In this document: positions 13,561 to 27,545 of the stretch, piece after piece
How positions within the stretch are numbered: position 1 is the stretch's first letter
How the letters are laid out: the number at the start of each line of letters is the position of its first letter
Translations under genes and position numbers: made by a program
From: Sphagnum compactum
Lineage: Eukaryota
Reading direction: 5' to 3'
NCBI GenBank assembly: GCA_965153455.1
Contig: OZ234493.1
Location: 32,540,213 to 32,604,212 of the forward strand
Length of the DNA stretch: 64,000 bases
The notes under the pieces: generated by a model
What the model saw: the letters and a program-made list of their open reading frames with translations, nothing else
Database searches by the model: none
What the model was told of the DNA's origin: nothing

Positions 13561-15303
13561 AGGTTGAGGTTGTCGTTGAAATTTTTTGGGGTAAATTACA
13601 CCAAAGTTGCAAAACAAAGCTTGCCACTATGTTATTGATCTTGAAAGTACTGAACTAATGCCCAACAACATTAAAGACAACAAATCCGAGGGTAACCATG
13701 ATCAAATTTCACCAAGGTCCATGGGTAATCAAAATCAAACTTCACTAAGGTCCATGAGCAACCAAGGTCAACCTCATTATAAGCTTTCATGGTTTCAAAA
13801 TGTGCCCACTAGTTAGTTGCTCCATTGCCATCAATTTCCCAATTTTTTGCTCTCCTTAAGGTTGAAGTTGTTGAACTTTTAAAGTAGCCACATGATGAAC
13901 CTTTAATTGAATACACAAAATCCATAATGATGACCTCAACACACTACTTAACAACTTTAGAACAAAAGACGAGCAAGGAAACAACTACCAAAGAGCATGA
14001 ATGCAGGAAACAAGAACAACTCACAAACAAAGAAAAAAAGGTTTAAGGAGAAAGCAAACAAAGAGGTAACCAAACAACAAAAAATCTTAAACATAGAGGC
14101 AAAAAATAAGTTAGATGAAATTTGGTTAACAAAAGCCAATTATTGAGGAAGGTGACGTGCTCCATGTGGTCATTCAAACCAATTTCCCTCTCAATGCCTA
14201 CATGGCTCCATTTTGTTGCATTATGCCTCCTATATGTCATTGTAATAAGATGGTACCAATGGAAAACAGAAAACCAAGAAGAATGGTAAAAATAACAATA
14301 ACCTACACCTGATAGACCCCCCATGGGTGTACAAACCCATGCCATATTTCATCTCAATGTTATAATCGATATAAAACTACAACTTTATCAAAATGTTTTG
14401 GCACAAGAAAGAGATTTGGTTAGAAAGAATAGAAAGGCCATCACCATTATGTTTAGGGAGGTGAAAGGGATCATAGTGGTGGGATCAATGCCATTAAAAT
14501 CATAGATAGAAATATGAAAATGATAAGAATGATTGGAAGGATTTGAGTGATGGGAACAATCACAATGTGGTGCGAGGATGAAGATGATTAGAGAGACCAC
14601 CACCATCACCAATAGGGAGTCTCATGGGAAAATGCACAAACTCATGGGAAATAAATCGCCATTTTTGGTCCATAATAGCTTTTTTACACATTATAACATT
14701 CATGCATTATCAACTTTAGGTTTCAAGTGTATCAAAATTCATACCATCTCTCGGAATTTCAGGATTACATATGTATTCATTCAAGGCAAATGTTGAATTA
14801 TATATATTTTCAATTACAAATGTGTTAATTGATTTATTGGATCCATTTTTTACTTTTAAAGTATCACCATTTTGTTGTGTGAACATCACCAATGGAATAC
14901 ACTAAGTGTGCATTCTAACATGCATAAGGTCTCCTTTCCTAACTTAATGCACTGTTTCCATTCAATAAAAAAACATGTTCTAAATATCCTTGTTAAATAT
15001 TAGAAATTACGCCCCCTATGACAATGGTCTATGTTAAAAAAGTCATAAGTAAATCATCGCAAAAGGACCCAAAAAATCCCACTTCATCGAACAATTCTTG
15101 TTGTATGAATATCATCGAGATCATACAACACTTTACACATTAAAGTTTGAAGGGAATTCAAGTATAGTAACAAAAAATGTTGCTAGATAATACCAATATT
15201 AATTCCAACAATTGCTAGTCCAAGGTCACTTTGTATGGTGTGAAAGAGGTGTCCACATGATAAGGCTAAAATTCCAAAATTATTGCATATGAGATGTCAC
15301 TTT

Positions 15304-15330
15304 GGGGGGGGGGGGGGGGGGGGGGGGGGG
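15304..15330 (+). repeat. Poly-G tract (27 G)
   Basis: Uninterrupted G run in AT-rich DNA. Confidence 0.9.
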
Positions 15331-17115
15331 TGGTCTAGATACAAATTTTACATATAAATTGTCGAGTTCTTTAATTTTTTTTAAAAAAAAAAATTGTTCA
15401 ACTAATTTACACACTCCCTCTACAATCAACTGAATACTTACACAATTGTAATAGACGCCATGACTAGGGAATGCTGAAAATTCTCTAGCAAACCTAACTT
15501 TGTCGATTTCTCCCAAATACAAAATATATTAACTATCATGGTAGCATAATTCAAATCGATAGTGGTGACAAACTCCTCTGGAAATCTCCATCTTATTACG
15601 CTCTCAAACTTATAGTATGCCATCCCAAGTGTGATGACATGAATTTCCCCTAAACGTACTTTTAAGAGATGAATCCACAAAAGGTTGTTTTGAAATAATT
15701 TCTTCAATGACACCATACAATTTTTCACCATGCCCAATTCTCCAAATAAATGAGTGCACTTGTCTTATCATCTAGCATGAATTGAATTGCTAGTATGGAT
15801 GACAAAACATCATGTTCTAAAAGAGGATTTCAAGGAGCAAGGTATGGGATCACTTCCCTAATGTGATTTGATACTTTTTATAGCCTTATCAATTCTAAGA
15901 ATAAAACCAAGAAACTTCCATATCTCATATTTGAACACAACTCCCACCAAATGTTTCCCCACAACTTATGAATTGAACATAAAATTAAAATTTGAGCATT
16001 GAACAATCAAAAAACACCTTAGCCTTGTGTAAAAGTAATTAACTCAATGCAAGAATAAAAGAATCAAAATCAAATAGATGTGTAAAAAAAATGCAACCAT
16101 AAACATTGCAAAATTTGATCCCTTAATGTTGAAGGAAATAGTATGTATATTATGTTTTAAAAAAAATTGTACCATACACAAACGACATAGAAACAAAAAG
16201 TGAAACTGCCGTTGTTGTTGATCTCCCTAATGTTAAAGATGTCACAAAGAAATAACATTAATTAAAATGATCTCCAACCCTTTGTTTTCTCCAAATGTTG
16301 GGTATTCATAAAGTGGGAAAATTTTCAAAATTGTGAGGATCAAATGTTGAAACAACAATATTAATTACACATGATTTGAAAAATAATAATTTGAATCATA
16401 GTAGCAACGAATGTAGTTAATGAATGTTGCAGTGAAGGTGGCCTCAACAAATTGAAAACCCAAGATGAAATTGTAGGTTGGTTACCTGAATGCTTTGCTA
16501 GTTGTGTCAAAAGAGTATGCATTCACATGACATTGGGTTGTTACATGACTGGGTTGTTGCATGATTGCCAAGCATAAGCTACACTCACCAATAGGCACAG
16601 TGAAAGGTGTGAAGTGCATCTCATGCTGAAACATATATAGAAGCACAAAAGTACCAACAATCTACGTGTATAATCAATATCCAGCTGACAGAAAACATTT
16701 AATTCTGATGCACTACAGGGTTTTGAATGACCACTCATCAAATCCAAAATACAGAGTACATTTGTAAGAAAATTCAAGTTTTTTAACTAACTCAGCCCCA
16801 AAAGACGCTATACACATTTTGCTTGCACAGCAAATGAGTATTGATCATATATATAGGCAGATATATAGGGAGAGAAGTTTGCTCATTGAAATCACAGTTT
16901 TGTGCAAAACTTATTACTATCATCAACTGTGTGAAAATTGAAAATCACAAAGTATAATGACTTTTATGTGCAACCAAAGACCACCATCTCTTACTCATCT
17001 TAACAGAACTGTCTTTTCAGGTGGTCCTATTGGCAAGAATTGGTGAGAAATTGAGTGAAGGAATAAAACCAACTTGGTTGCCACCATGTCAAAGGCAGTC
17101 ATCATCTGTAAGTGA

Positions 17116-20100
17116 TCAGTGCAGCTTTAGCGCATCCTCAGTGAGTTCAAGACAACGGATAAGCACACTTTGTAAATTGTCAATGGCAAGGCCCACTCCA
17201 GCTGCATACTCATCACCTTCTACAACCAAGTTTGATTGGATGCCTCCAAGAAGCTCATGTAAGGGAAGCAGCCACTGTGTCTGTGCCTTCATAAGAGATG
17301 CCTTGGAAAGTACACCTGTCAGATTTGTCTTCCCTGTCCATTCCCATAAACAACCAAGGTTAAAGTCATAAGTCTGGTCTACAAGACAGAACTACTAGCC
17401 TTACTACAATTAAGAACCATATCAGTTTCCATGCTGCAGAATCTTCCCCAATTTTGGTGAAATCCTTTCATGGCTTGAATATTGTAAATGAGAAGCATTT
17501 TACAATAAATGAACTCAAGAATCTGAACCAGGATAATTTTCAAATTCTTAGAGCATAAGGGTTATACTGCTAGTATGTGGAATTGTATCTGCCATTCTTT
17601 CAGAGAATCTGTCCATCATTCAGGGCCAGAATTTGAACCTGATGTCTCTCGAATGATGATGAAACGATAGAGATTGAGGGCACCTTGTACCTGAGCCAAA
17701 AATAAATCATGTTTAAAAGTGACATGCTTAAGGAGTATTGATGGTTGAATCAGAAACATATTACATGTCCACCAAATCAAGGTGGATTAAGACAAACTGT
17801 TCTCACATGACTTCCTTGCCACACCCTCAAAGAGCTACAATGAGCAAGAAGAGTTAGGACTGTCAGTGGAAATGGCACAACAGCCTAGTGGAAATTATTA
17901 CTGTGATATGACTAGCTTCAGTACTTTGATTCCATCCAGAAAGCCCTTCACACACACATTAATCTTCTTTGTGTAGTTTCACCATAAGGACACCCAGAAA
18001 GGCCAATAGGCTCAGTGCTAAGTTCTTCCACAGCAGCCATACATACTTAAAGGACTAAGTTCATAATGCTTGGACCTTCCTCTGCATGTTATATAACCAT
18101 TGTCCTTGTCCTCATAGCAGGCTTCCCACTCTGCATCTATTATGTTCACAGGTAGAGATAGAATAGTTCATAGACCTCACTCAGTTTGAACACAGCAAGT
18201 GAAGGAGCAAGGGAGGGAAATATTACCGAGTCTATTTGAGAAGGCAGATCAGGAGGGTTTCCTCCCAATGGATGAAGAACACTTTCGATCACTTGTAGGA
18301 CCTCTGAACTAACAAATGGTGAGACAATAGGACAGGATTTGAAAGAATCTCCTACTGCTGTCACTTCCACATTGCATTCTGCTCCACATCCTTGTTTGAA
18401 CACTGGCCAAGCTCTTGCAACCTCATCTTTGAGACATGTTAGCAACAGTGAAACCTGCCACCAAAACCAATTGACAAGGTTTCAAAGTCTTCAGTGTTAA
18501 CCACTGACACATTGGATCAACAAAGTCTAAAGACGCTGGATGCATGAAGGACAAAGACCATAAAAGTTGTAGCCCTACCAGTGATGGATGGGGACAACTG
18601 CTGATGAGAGCCTGCAGACTGTGGAACCTGGTGGAGACTGGGAGAACATCTTTGATGACCTGCATTCAACTTATCGCTTCAGAAATGTAGCAACACCCAA
18701 GGTGATTGTCCAAGAAAGATCTGTAGATCATAGAACAGTTACAACAGATCAACAAAGACATTACTGTCCTCTTGACCAGCTGGAGGAGCTAGAAACTAGT
18801 ATCAAATGAGGTTTAAATCAACAGGATCAAAAGGTTGATTTGCCTTTGTCAGAGCAATGTATGCACGTCGCCGCAATGCAGGGTCTGGTGCATAGACAAT
18901 CACATCCTGAACTGCCTGAGTACATGGGTTGCATTCTCCACAGATCATGTCAGTCATGGATGTAACTGTCAGTCTTCAGAAGTGAATATCAATGAAACAT
19001 CAAACCACATAAAGCAAATAACCTCAAGTAACAGAGCTACAACCAAAATCACCCAGATAATGAAAATATGAACCCTAGTAACCTATAACAGTGGAGGTCT
19101 GGTTTATGCTTGAGTTGAAATCTGTACCTGCAGTATAGGAACAATTTGCAATGTCAAGGTGGGCCAGTCATCTTCTGTATTGTCATGAGTAGTTGTCTCA
19201 TATGGACCTGAGATGTCAAGGATGGAGAAGAGAAGTGTGACTCCTTTCTCCGGGAGTAACCAGGAGGGCCTTGACAAGGGCACAGAGAGGAGTGAAGTCA
19301 CCAGAGATAATGCAGCAATCACCCCTTTAATCCCAGACAACAGAAACTTCTCCTTGAGAGAGTGAAGTGACTCCCTGGCTGTGGAATCCGCTTTGCTGTC
19401 GGACATTCCCCAGTACACTGTTCTGGCCCCAGCAATGAGGCTTTTGGATTGAGAGCAATAAAGCTGAGCCACCCACAAGACGACTGACTCACAACAACAC
19501 ACAACTCAACTGACCTAGTTGTATATGAACTCAATCCATATTGTAAGGACTTAGGTAGAACAGTGGGAAGTGTTATGAGACTGACCTGCTAGAGCACCTC
19601 CTCTTCTGGCTTCTGACTTAACAAGGGATTTCTCAGCATCATCATCTGGAATACAACAGAAGAAATGTTCATATGCAGAAAATAAATGCAGACATGTATA
19701 GCAGTAACTGTGAGTGAACAAAACTCTTTGGTTGGCACAGATCACATACCATCAGTTGTTGAATCAACAAATTTCTCAATTTGATTGCTTGTAAGCAATT
19801 CAAAGAAAGAGATTCCACAAAGTGGCAGTAATTCCACAAGCTGCAGAACAATATCTGGAGCTCCTGGTGGTGAACTTTGAAGTCCTCCACCAATTATTGC
19901 CTGTAATCATATGGTCCATGAACTCAATGTTTTGCCCATATCATGTTTGGAAACAGAGACTGGGGACATACAACACCTAAATTCCCTAAAAAGGGAAACA
20001 AGGTTCACATCTAGATATCATTGACACAAAATGCTCAGAAGCTGTATAATGTATTCAACAGACATGATGTGCATAGTCCCATCTCCATGTGTTTCAAGGA

Positions 20101-21360
20101 ACCACCAAAGTAGACAGATGACAGAATAGGAGGAATGGTGTTGGTTTGTATGTGGTCAGGAATGAGAACCAAGAGCTGCAATGTAAACACTCCAAGACTT
20201 CGTTGGAGTGATTCCCTCTCTTGCTCCTCCTGTCCTCTTTCCATCCATACAGACTTCATCAGTATAGTTCAATCTTTTAATCTGCCACTTTGTGAAAGGA
20301 TTTTTGCTCTAGACCAGGTGATGTGTCTACAGTGACAAAGCTGTCACAAGCAAAGAGCTGCAAATATTGTCTCTCTTGCCAGTCAAGAGCACAAGAATAG
20401 CAACCAGCATCCTGACAAGCATTGCTCTGACAATAGCAAACAGGGATAATCAGAGAGTACAGAGGGCCACTTACTTCTACCAGATCACAAGTGTATCTGA
20501 CTGCATTTGCAACCAATATCAATTCATGGATGATCTCTGTACGGAGATCTTCAATTGGCATATTTCTGTTTGTTAAAATGCTATCAGAAAGGGAACCGTC
20601 TCCATTGCCATTCTCAACCCCATCCTCCTCTTCTCTCATAGTCAGGCGTGCAACAGCAAGCAGTCCTGGGTTTCCTGACTTGAAAAAGTCAGCCTGCCGC
20701 CTCTTAAGGCGGGGAAACACTGCTCACACCAACATTGAACCTAATTCATCATATAATTCATCACACTGCATACATTTCAACTTAGAGTCCAGCACTATGG
20801 CACAAGATCTTGTGTACAGAGACATCAGTCATGGTTAATGAAAGTAGATACTTACTTACCAAGAGAGAGGCCTCGTGCAAGAGGGACACAAAATGCCAAA
20901 GTCTGAAAAGATGTCAAGATGTTCAAGGCCTGAAATAAATCCCAAAAATGGATTAGCTCAACCATTAGCATTCATGACATGAACAAGCATGCATGAAAGT
21001 GGTGAAACTTTTATCTTCACAATGTAAGACAACTCCATTTTCCAATTGAAGCAGCTGAATGTTCTCCACCTTAAACCCTAAAGGGATCTTTCTCCAATTC
21101 TTGCAAACAGACACTTGCACATGAGGAAGGGAGAAGCATGAGATACAAAAACGAACCTCCATAAAGCCAGCAAAAAGTTCACGAGGGTTGCACGACTGTG
21201 CCAAAGCTTCTATAATTGAATAGCAGAAGTTCAGACATGGCTGGGAAAGGTTGACATATTTCACAACCACCAAAGGCAATTCCCACCCCACATGATCCAG
21301 CAGCACCTGCAAAACACACAGAAGCAACAGGATTACCCTCCCTTTTTTCCTGCAAAGAGG

Positions 21361-21415
<55 letters not shown>

Positions 21416-22145
21416 TAGAAAGTTCCAAAGGTTTCAAGTGAGATACTTCACTGCAATCTGTAATGGTGAGTAGGCCATGATGCCAATATAAAAATCATTC
21501 TTCCAAGGTACCTCCAACCCCAACAAAACGGGAACAGGGTAATATAGATCCTCAATTGCACACCTGACCAGAAGGACTGGATGGATCCAGCAAAGTCATG
21601 GCTTGCTGGAGCATCTCCTCACAAGATGCCAACCAATCCTCCTCCTCCCTCGTTTCTGCCAGCTCCATATTTTCAAATGGAGCCCTTAAAACCTCCACAA
21701 ATTCATGAGCAGCGTCCGCTGCCTGCTCCTCATCTTCTTCGCTCTGTGCCACATCCCAACAAGATCAAATACATCGCTCAAGACAGACACAAATTGCCTC
21801 AGAAGGCTCCTTTTCCATAAACCCGGACAAGCCTGATACTTCCATGAAAACAGCAAAACTTTCACTTTGAAAAACCATGACAATGTAGGTACCACCAAAC
21901 AGGAAGGAAACGAGACAACACTGTTGCAAAAAATGCACCATCTCCTCCAAAAAGAGATGAATCAAACCGGGTTCTGGAATTGTACAAGGGCAGAGAAAAA
22001 CGCATCTTCTGAAGCGGAAAAAAGGGAAAAAAGAAAAAAATAAATTTGTACATTTATTAAGGGGGGAGCTGATCAGAGAAGCAGCTAGTACCTGACTACA
22101 GCGAAGCGCAGCCTCTTGCAACCGGTCACGAAGCGAGACGGCCAT
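17116..22145 (-). CDS. ALF4: ABERRANT LATERAL ROOT FORMATION 4 / glomulin-like protein, 14 coding exons, ~655 aa
   Basis: Exons 22145-22092, 21743-21564, 21306-21157, 20929-20860, 20719-20475, 20229-20170, 19900-19750, 19645-19586, 19483-19128, 18906-18844, 18659-18579, 18454-18227, 17690-17639, 17333-17116 join in frame (1968 nt). One intron needs a GC donor. ALF4-like motifs: LLDHVGWELPLVVVKY, CNPRELF, VIVYAPDPALRRRAYIAL, LLLTCLKDEV, GGNPPDLPSQIDSVQGALNLYRFIIIRETSGKTNLTGVLS, WLLPL, VLIRCLELTEDALK. Confidence 0.88.
21362..21412. repeat. (CT)n microsatellite in ALF4 intron 2
   Basis: About 25 perfect CT units. Confidence 0.9.
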
Positions 22146-22359
22146 GCCTCGAAACTGCAATCACGCCATACTACCTCCACTACTCTCAGCTTCGTGCAAA
22201 CCCTGAACCCTAATCCTAATAGCTCCGGCAAGGAGGAAGCACTCCGCGAAGACAAATTACAAGGCGGAATCGTGAGACGCGACTACCGTGGCAAAACGTT
22301 CCGTCGTAGAATTTGAAGCGTCCTGAGTCCTCAGTGTCCTCACTCTCGATTGGCAGCTC

Positions 22360-22670
22360 TTTTTTTTCCCTGACGAAATTTCGCCAAAAAAAAACGAAAT
22401 TTAAACAAAAACAAAATCTCAATTGAAGTGATTCTGAAGGGGTTATAATCGCCAAAAGTTAGAAAATAAGCAGTAAAAATTGGCAGACTTTTGAATTTGG
22501 ATTTCAGTGTGTAGCCATAAATAGAAAAGGTTGACAAAAGATTTTGTACTTCATATTTAGTTTATAGCCAGATTTGGCTAAATCCTCTTCGGAATGGTAA
22601 GTTGTCATTTGGGGAGGGGGGGGGGTGTACATCTTCATATGATGATCACCATTCAAGCTACATCAAAAAA
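22360..22670 (+). repeat. Dispersed repeat; related sequence at ~43378-43530 (same strand) and ~48815-48900, ~57055-57320 (opposite strand)
   Basis: Shared blocks such as GAAATTT(C/T)GCCAAAA, GTGATT..GAGG..TCA/AATCGCCAAAAGT, TTT(C/T)AGTGTGTAGCCA and TTTGGCTAAA. Confidence 0.55.
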
Positions 22671-23664
22671 ATTCCTTTAAAAAACACTTCTCCTGACTCC
22701 TAAGAGGCCATTTTTTGGGGTGTGACATTTTGCCAAAATGAGAAAAACAAATTAGGGCTGCAACCCCTAAAAGGGCTTTTTTCTTTTGGAATTTTTTGGA
22801 AAAAAACCCCCCAAAAAGCCAGGGGTTTCGAACTGGGTGCTTGTGAAACCTTTTGTAATAAATTGATTTTCTAAAATCAAATTTCCATTTGTTCACAAAG
22901 TTGCTTTAGGTGTTTTGGATTTTGGGAACCTAATCAAAAGGTTCCCCAAAACCTCCTCAACCTTACTAGTCAATTGGGAACATGTCAAATTAAAAAAAAC
23001 AAGGGGTGTGTCACATTGTGGCCTTGCCATTTTACATTTAAAAATGTACCTTAAGGCAAAAGAAAAATTATGGAAGCTCAAATATTTCACCATGCAAAAA
23101 TATCCCAAGATCTTAAATATCCCTCTAAAAGAAACCAAAATCCTTCAATATATTATAACTCTATAATAACTAATCTCAAGTTTCAACATAAGCCAATATA
23201 TCATCTTTCAAAAATCCTCATATAAAAATAGACCTATTATTATTTATTACCGAGGGGCCAAAATCCCTTAAGCTACTATACTCTATAATAAATCTAAACA
23301 CAATATCCTTGCCTTGGTAGGCAAGGCCAATAAAAAAATTGAGATGGATATCAAACCACCCGTAAATTTGAAACCCAAAATCCAATCAAATCCCATTTCT
23401 TTTCTTTTCTTTTCTTTTAAAACTAGCTTGAAATTGGAACCTTGCCCATAAACTTTTTAAAAAAACTAGAACCAAATGTTCTTCCTAGAACCTAAGAATT
23501 GCAGAACACTAATATTTACCTATTTATATATCCAATATGATATATCAAAATGAAGGACTATGTCAAAGGAGAATTTTTTTTTTTAAATTTTGAAACTTAG
23601 AACCTTCGATAGCCATTGGACTGTCGAAATAGTAAGTTTTAGATTAAATTTTGAATCCATAATA

Positions 23665-23880
23665 CAGATATCCGTAAAGTCAGGAAAAGACAGCACCAGT
23701 ACCTTGAGTTTGGTCATACACAGGGTGAGATTACAAGAAAAACCTGCAAAAAAGTACATTAGCATTCAAGAGGCGGGGTGAAACTCAGAAAACCATCAAT
23801 TTTGATGGTTTCGGCATTTCATACTGAGATTTAATAAAATTTTCTTACTTTACGGATACCACTAAAAGACAGGTTAGGGG
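23665..23880 (-). mobile_element. MITE-like dispersed repeat; other copies at 43538-43852 (+) and 53966-54140 (+, partial)
   Basis: Reverse complement of 43538-43852 with an internal deletion. Imperfect terminal inverted repeats CAGTGGTATCCG(C/T)AAAGTAA / TTACTTTACGGATAACTG. Confidence 0.65.
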
Positions 23881-24584
23881 GTGAAAGGAGGCCCAAAGAC
23901 AGGGTGAATTTGCAGATATCTCTAATATATAAGTTTTAAGATGGTAAAGTTGTAACTTCTTCAAAAGGTCATCGAAGGATTGATAGGGGGTATCGATCAT
24001 GTTGTTTGGTTGGCATTACTTCTACCAAACTCTTTCGATAGCCTTCCAAGATCACACTTCTTTGAGTATTTAAACTTTATTTTTCTCAATTTTGGGGACG
24101 CTCCTTTACTTTTAGATCTTAGGCATTCTTAATGGAATAGCTATAGTATATATTTTTTGTGTTATCATCATCTTTCAAATGAAACCCTCTTGTTGGAAAA
24201 AAAAGATTCTCATATTTTTTCTTGATGTTTTGAAGCTTGTATGTACATTTTTCTCTCAGCACTATAAGACTTTGGTTTGGAAGCTTTGCAATAGTAATTT
24301 GAATAAAAAAGAAAATTAAATTAGAAAAAAATGTGAGTATTTCTTGCTGCCTACCATATTATTTGGGTAGAAGCCAAATGAGCTTATAGCAACATAACTC
24401 ATGTTTAGAAGTTTTGGATTTTGAATCTTTTATTTATCCAGTTTTTGTTTTGCAATAATTTGTTGTTAGAGTTTCAGTTTCAAAATCATTTGGTAATACA
24501 TTTTTGCATTTAAATTCATAAATTTTCATATCCCACTTAGATATCTTAAAGTGGCAATATCATACTTGTCAAAAATCAGTTTAA

Positions 24585-25258
24585 GGGCCACTTTAAACAA
24601 GGGTTCAAGAGCAAGGTCCAATGAAATTGAACATTCCTATCGGTCAAGAGCTTTAAATTAGTCCCAAGGTTTTTAAACAAATGTCCAAGACCAAAACAAA
24701 TCAAATTGTGATTTAACTTAGATGGTATCATTTTGGAAAGAAAATCAATTGGTCCAGACCCAAAAAAAGAGCTTACAGGAGAGCTCATGATTTGGAGTCC
24801 AAGTTTGCTTATTTCTTTGTTTTCTTTTTCATTATTTTTTTTTACCCTTTTGCCCAAATTTTGTGAGAATGAAAGACATGCTATGGATTCAGGACATTGT
24901 GAAGAACACACTAGTTCTCCCATTTTTTACCAATTCTAAAATTGATATGGTTAATTTTTTGAACCGTGCCAAGGTGATTGTAGAAAGAATGCATTTTCAG
25001 TCCTTCTAAATGCACAAAATGGAAGTGAAAACAGTAAACTAAAAAAATTATGAAAAAAAATAAAAATCAAGTATTAACCTAGTCCCCCTCACGAGTCAAT
25101 CACACATTTTTTATATTAGACATTTGAATTGGACCCCAAGCCTTTAAACACACTCATTGCACCTTAAGAAAAAATGTTTTTTTGTAATGTGAAGAATGGT
25201 CCAAGTCAAGGTTCAATTTGCTGGCAATTGGTCCCTGGACACTTGTTTAAAATGGCCC
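24585..25258. mobile_element. Tourist/PIF-Harbinger-like MITE
   Basis: TIRs GGGCCACTTTAAACAAG / CTTGTTTAAAATGGCCC, flanked by TAA and TTA (TWA-type site). Confidence 0.65.
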
Positions 25259-25458
25259 TTAGTTTGTGATAGCCTTCACTTCATGATGGATAAATTCCAC
25301 GAGTGGGGAACATTCCCAAAATGCTGGGAAGGGTTCAATTATCACCTCATCATCCTGGCAATGCAATTTAGTTTTTGATGCAAAAAGTACACATGACCAC
25401 AAGGATGCCCAACAAGAAACTAATTTTCAAAGAAAATTAAATTCAGGTCCTTTAATTA

Positions 25459-25990
25459 TCTATCTATGAAGGAAGGTAATTTGTTTTGTCTTGTTTTGTA
25501 GTTATGAGATCCACCGAACTGGTATGCTTCAGATTGTGTTTTTGGGTGTCGTTGGAAAGCTCTTGACGAGGGGGGGTGCATGGGCTTGGTTCCATGACAT
25601 TTGGACTTGCGGTGCAAAAGTTCTTGAATATTGAATTATTTCTTCACTGAAAATTAAATCATAGCTGAAAATTTCGAAGGAATTGGAATGTGCCTTTGGG
25701 TGTTGTTGGAAAGATCTTGATGCGCAGGATTTAATAGAATTTATTTGGCAAGATTTGGATTCAGAATGTGGGTAGATATTGAATTTAAAGAGATTTCTGC
25801 CACCAAAAAAAATTCAAATAAATTCCAAAAAACCCAAGTTTTGAAAGGAAAAATCAGTTGAGGACATGGTAACATGTGAATGTTCTCGCAATGGGATATA
25901 CAAGTATACCTTGCAAAATAATGTCGTACGTTGTGTGCACCCTACATTATAACGAGTTCACACTTGGGACAACAACACAGGCCACACTAG
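25459..25990 (+). mobile_element. Short non-autonomous Helitron-like repeat (copy 2), with an ~88-bp internal insertion
   Basis: Starts A|TCTATCTATGAAGG and ends GGCCACACTAG|T. Homologous to 826-1258 apart from the extra segment 25875-25962. Confidence 0.7.
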
Positions 25991-26489
25991 TGATGACTAC
26001 GTTAAATATGGATGGGGTATTATTTATGGAAATTTTAGGTGTTAAGTTTTATGCATGGAATATTAAAGTTGTCGGTAAATTCAGGAAAAGTGGGCACCAG
26101 AACCACCCCCTGTTTGGTCACATAGGGGATCACATTTTAGAAAACAGGACCAAAAAGGTACACTGGGCTTCAAGGGGGCATGAAACTCAGTTTAGCAGGG
26201 CCAGAATGAACCAGCCCCCAAGACTGCACCAGATGGCCGTTCTGTTCGTTCATAGGATGGCCGTCCTTTTCTCATCCTGCTCCTTGACTCTCAATTAACC
26301 AACATAGTACCACAGTTAACTTTTATTTAGCTGCTGACCTTTGGTGTTTTTTTTTTTCTTTGGCCCTTTTTCTCAGCCCTGACCTCCATACTACCTTCCC
26401 ACCTAACTGCCCTACAAACCTTGCTATCCTATTCACTAACATCTTTTCCCTACCTACCAACTACAACCAACCACCTTACCTACTTACTC

Positions 26490-27545
26490 TTTATCCATTC
26501 AAAGCTAAATCTCTACCTTTCGGCAAAACGTCTATCTCTTCTTGGCTAAACGTCTATCTTTTGACAAATTTTTTTTCTTCCTTGGCTAAACCTCTATTTA
26601 TTGGCAAAAAAATTCTATTTCATGGCTAAACCTTAACTTATCAGTAAAACCTTTCTATTATTTGATAAATCCTTTCTATTCCTTAACTAAACATTTACTT
26701 ATCAACAAAACCTTTTTACATTCGAATTAAACCTATATTTCTCAATAAAACCTTTCTATACCCTGGTTAAACTTCTGCTTATTAGCAAAACATTTATATT
26801 CCTTGGTTAAACTTCTACTTATTGGCAAAACCTTTTTACTCCTTGGCTAAATTTTTATTTATTGGCAAAACTTTTCTAGTTTTTGGCTAAACCCTTTATT
26901 TCTCGCCAAATTTTTTTTAATCCATGGCTAAACCTTTACCTCTCGGTGAAACTTTTCTAATCCATGGTTAAACCTTTACCTCACAAAAAAACTTTTCTAC
27001 TCCCTATATAAACCTTTAATTTTTGGCAAAACTTTATATCTTTTTGACTAAACCTTTATTTTCTTAATTAAACTTCTACTAGTTAATAAAACCTTTATAT
27101 ATTTTTGGCTAAACCTTTACCCTTCAACAAAATCTATATTTCTTTTTGGATAAACCTTTTAATGATTGGCAAAACTTATGTTTCTTCCTAACTAAACCTT
27201 TGTCTCTTAACAAAACCTTTTTGTTTTTTGGCTAAACTTTTATTTCTTGGCAGAACCTTTATTTTTTTTAAAATTAAACTTCTACCTCTTAGCAAAACCT
27301 TTGTCTCTTATTAATTAAACCTCAACCTTCTAGCAAAACATTTATATTTTTTTAACTAAACATCTTTCATTTGGCAAAACCTCTATCTTTTCTTGATTAA
27401 ACTTCTATTGATTGGCAAAACCTCCATATCTTTTTGGTTAAACATCTATTATTGGCCGAAAAAAATCTATTATTGGTTAAGCCTTTACCTTTCAAAGAAA
27501 CCTTTTTGTTTTTTTGGTTAAACCTTTATTTTTTGGCAAAACCTA
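26490..27545. repeat. Degenerate ~40-bp minisatellite (TTGGCTAAACCTTTA...TTGGCAAAACCTTT)
   Basis: More than 20 diverged tandem units alternating GGCTAAACC and GGCAAAACC cores. Confidence 0.85.

Noticed and set aside
20277-20474. Extension of ALF4 exon 5 as given by the 147-aa ORF
   Set aside because: A strong GAA|GTAAGT donor at 20474 and an in-phase downstream exon indicate intron read-through.
25876-26298. 140-aa ORF
   Set aside because: Spans a repeat insertion and a Helitron-like terminus; no motif; chance ORF.
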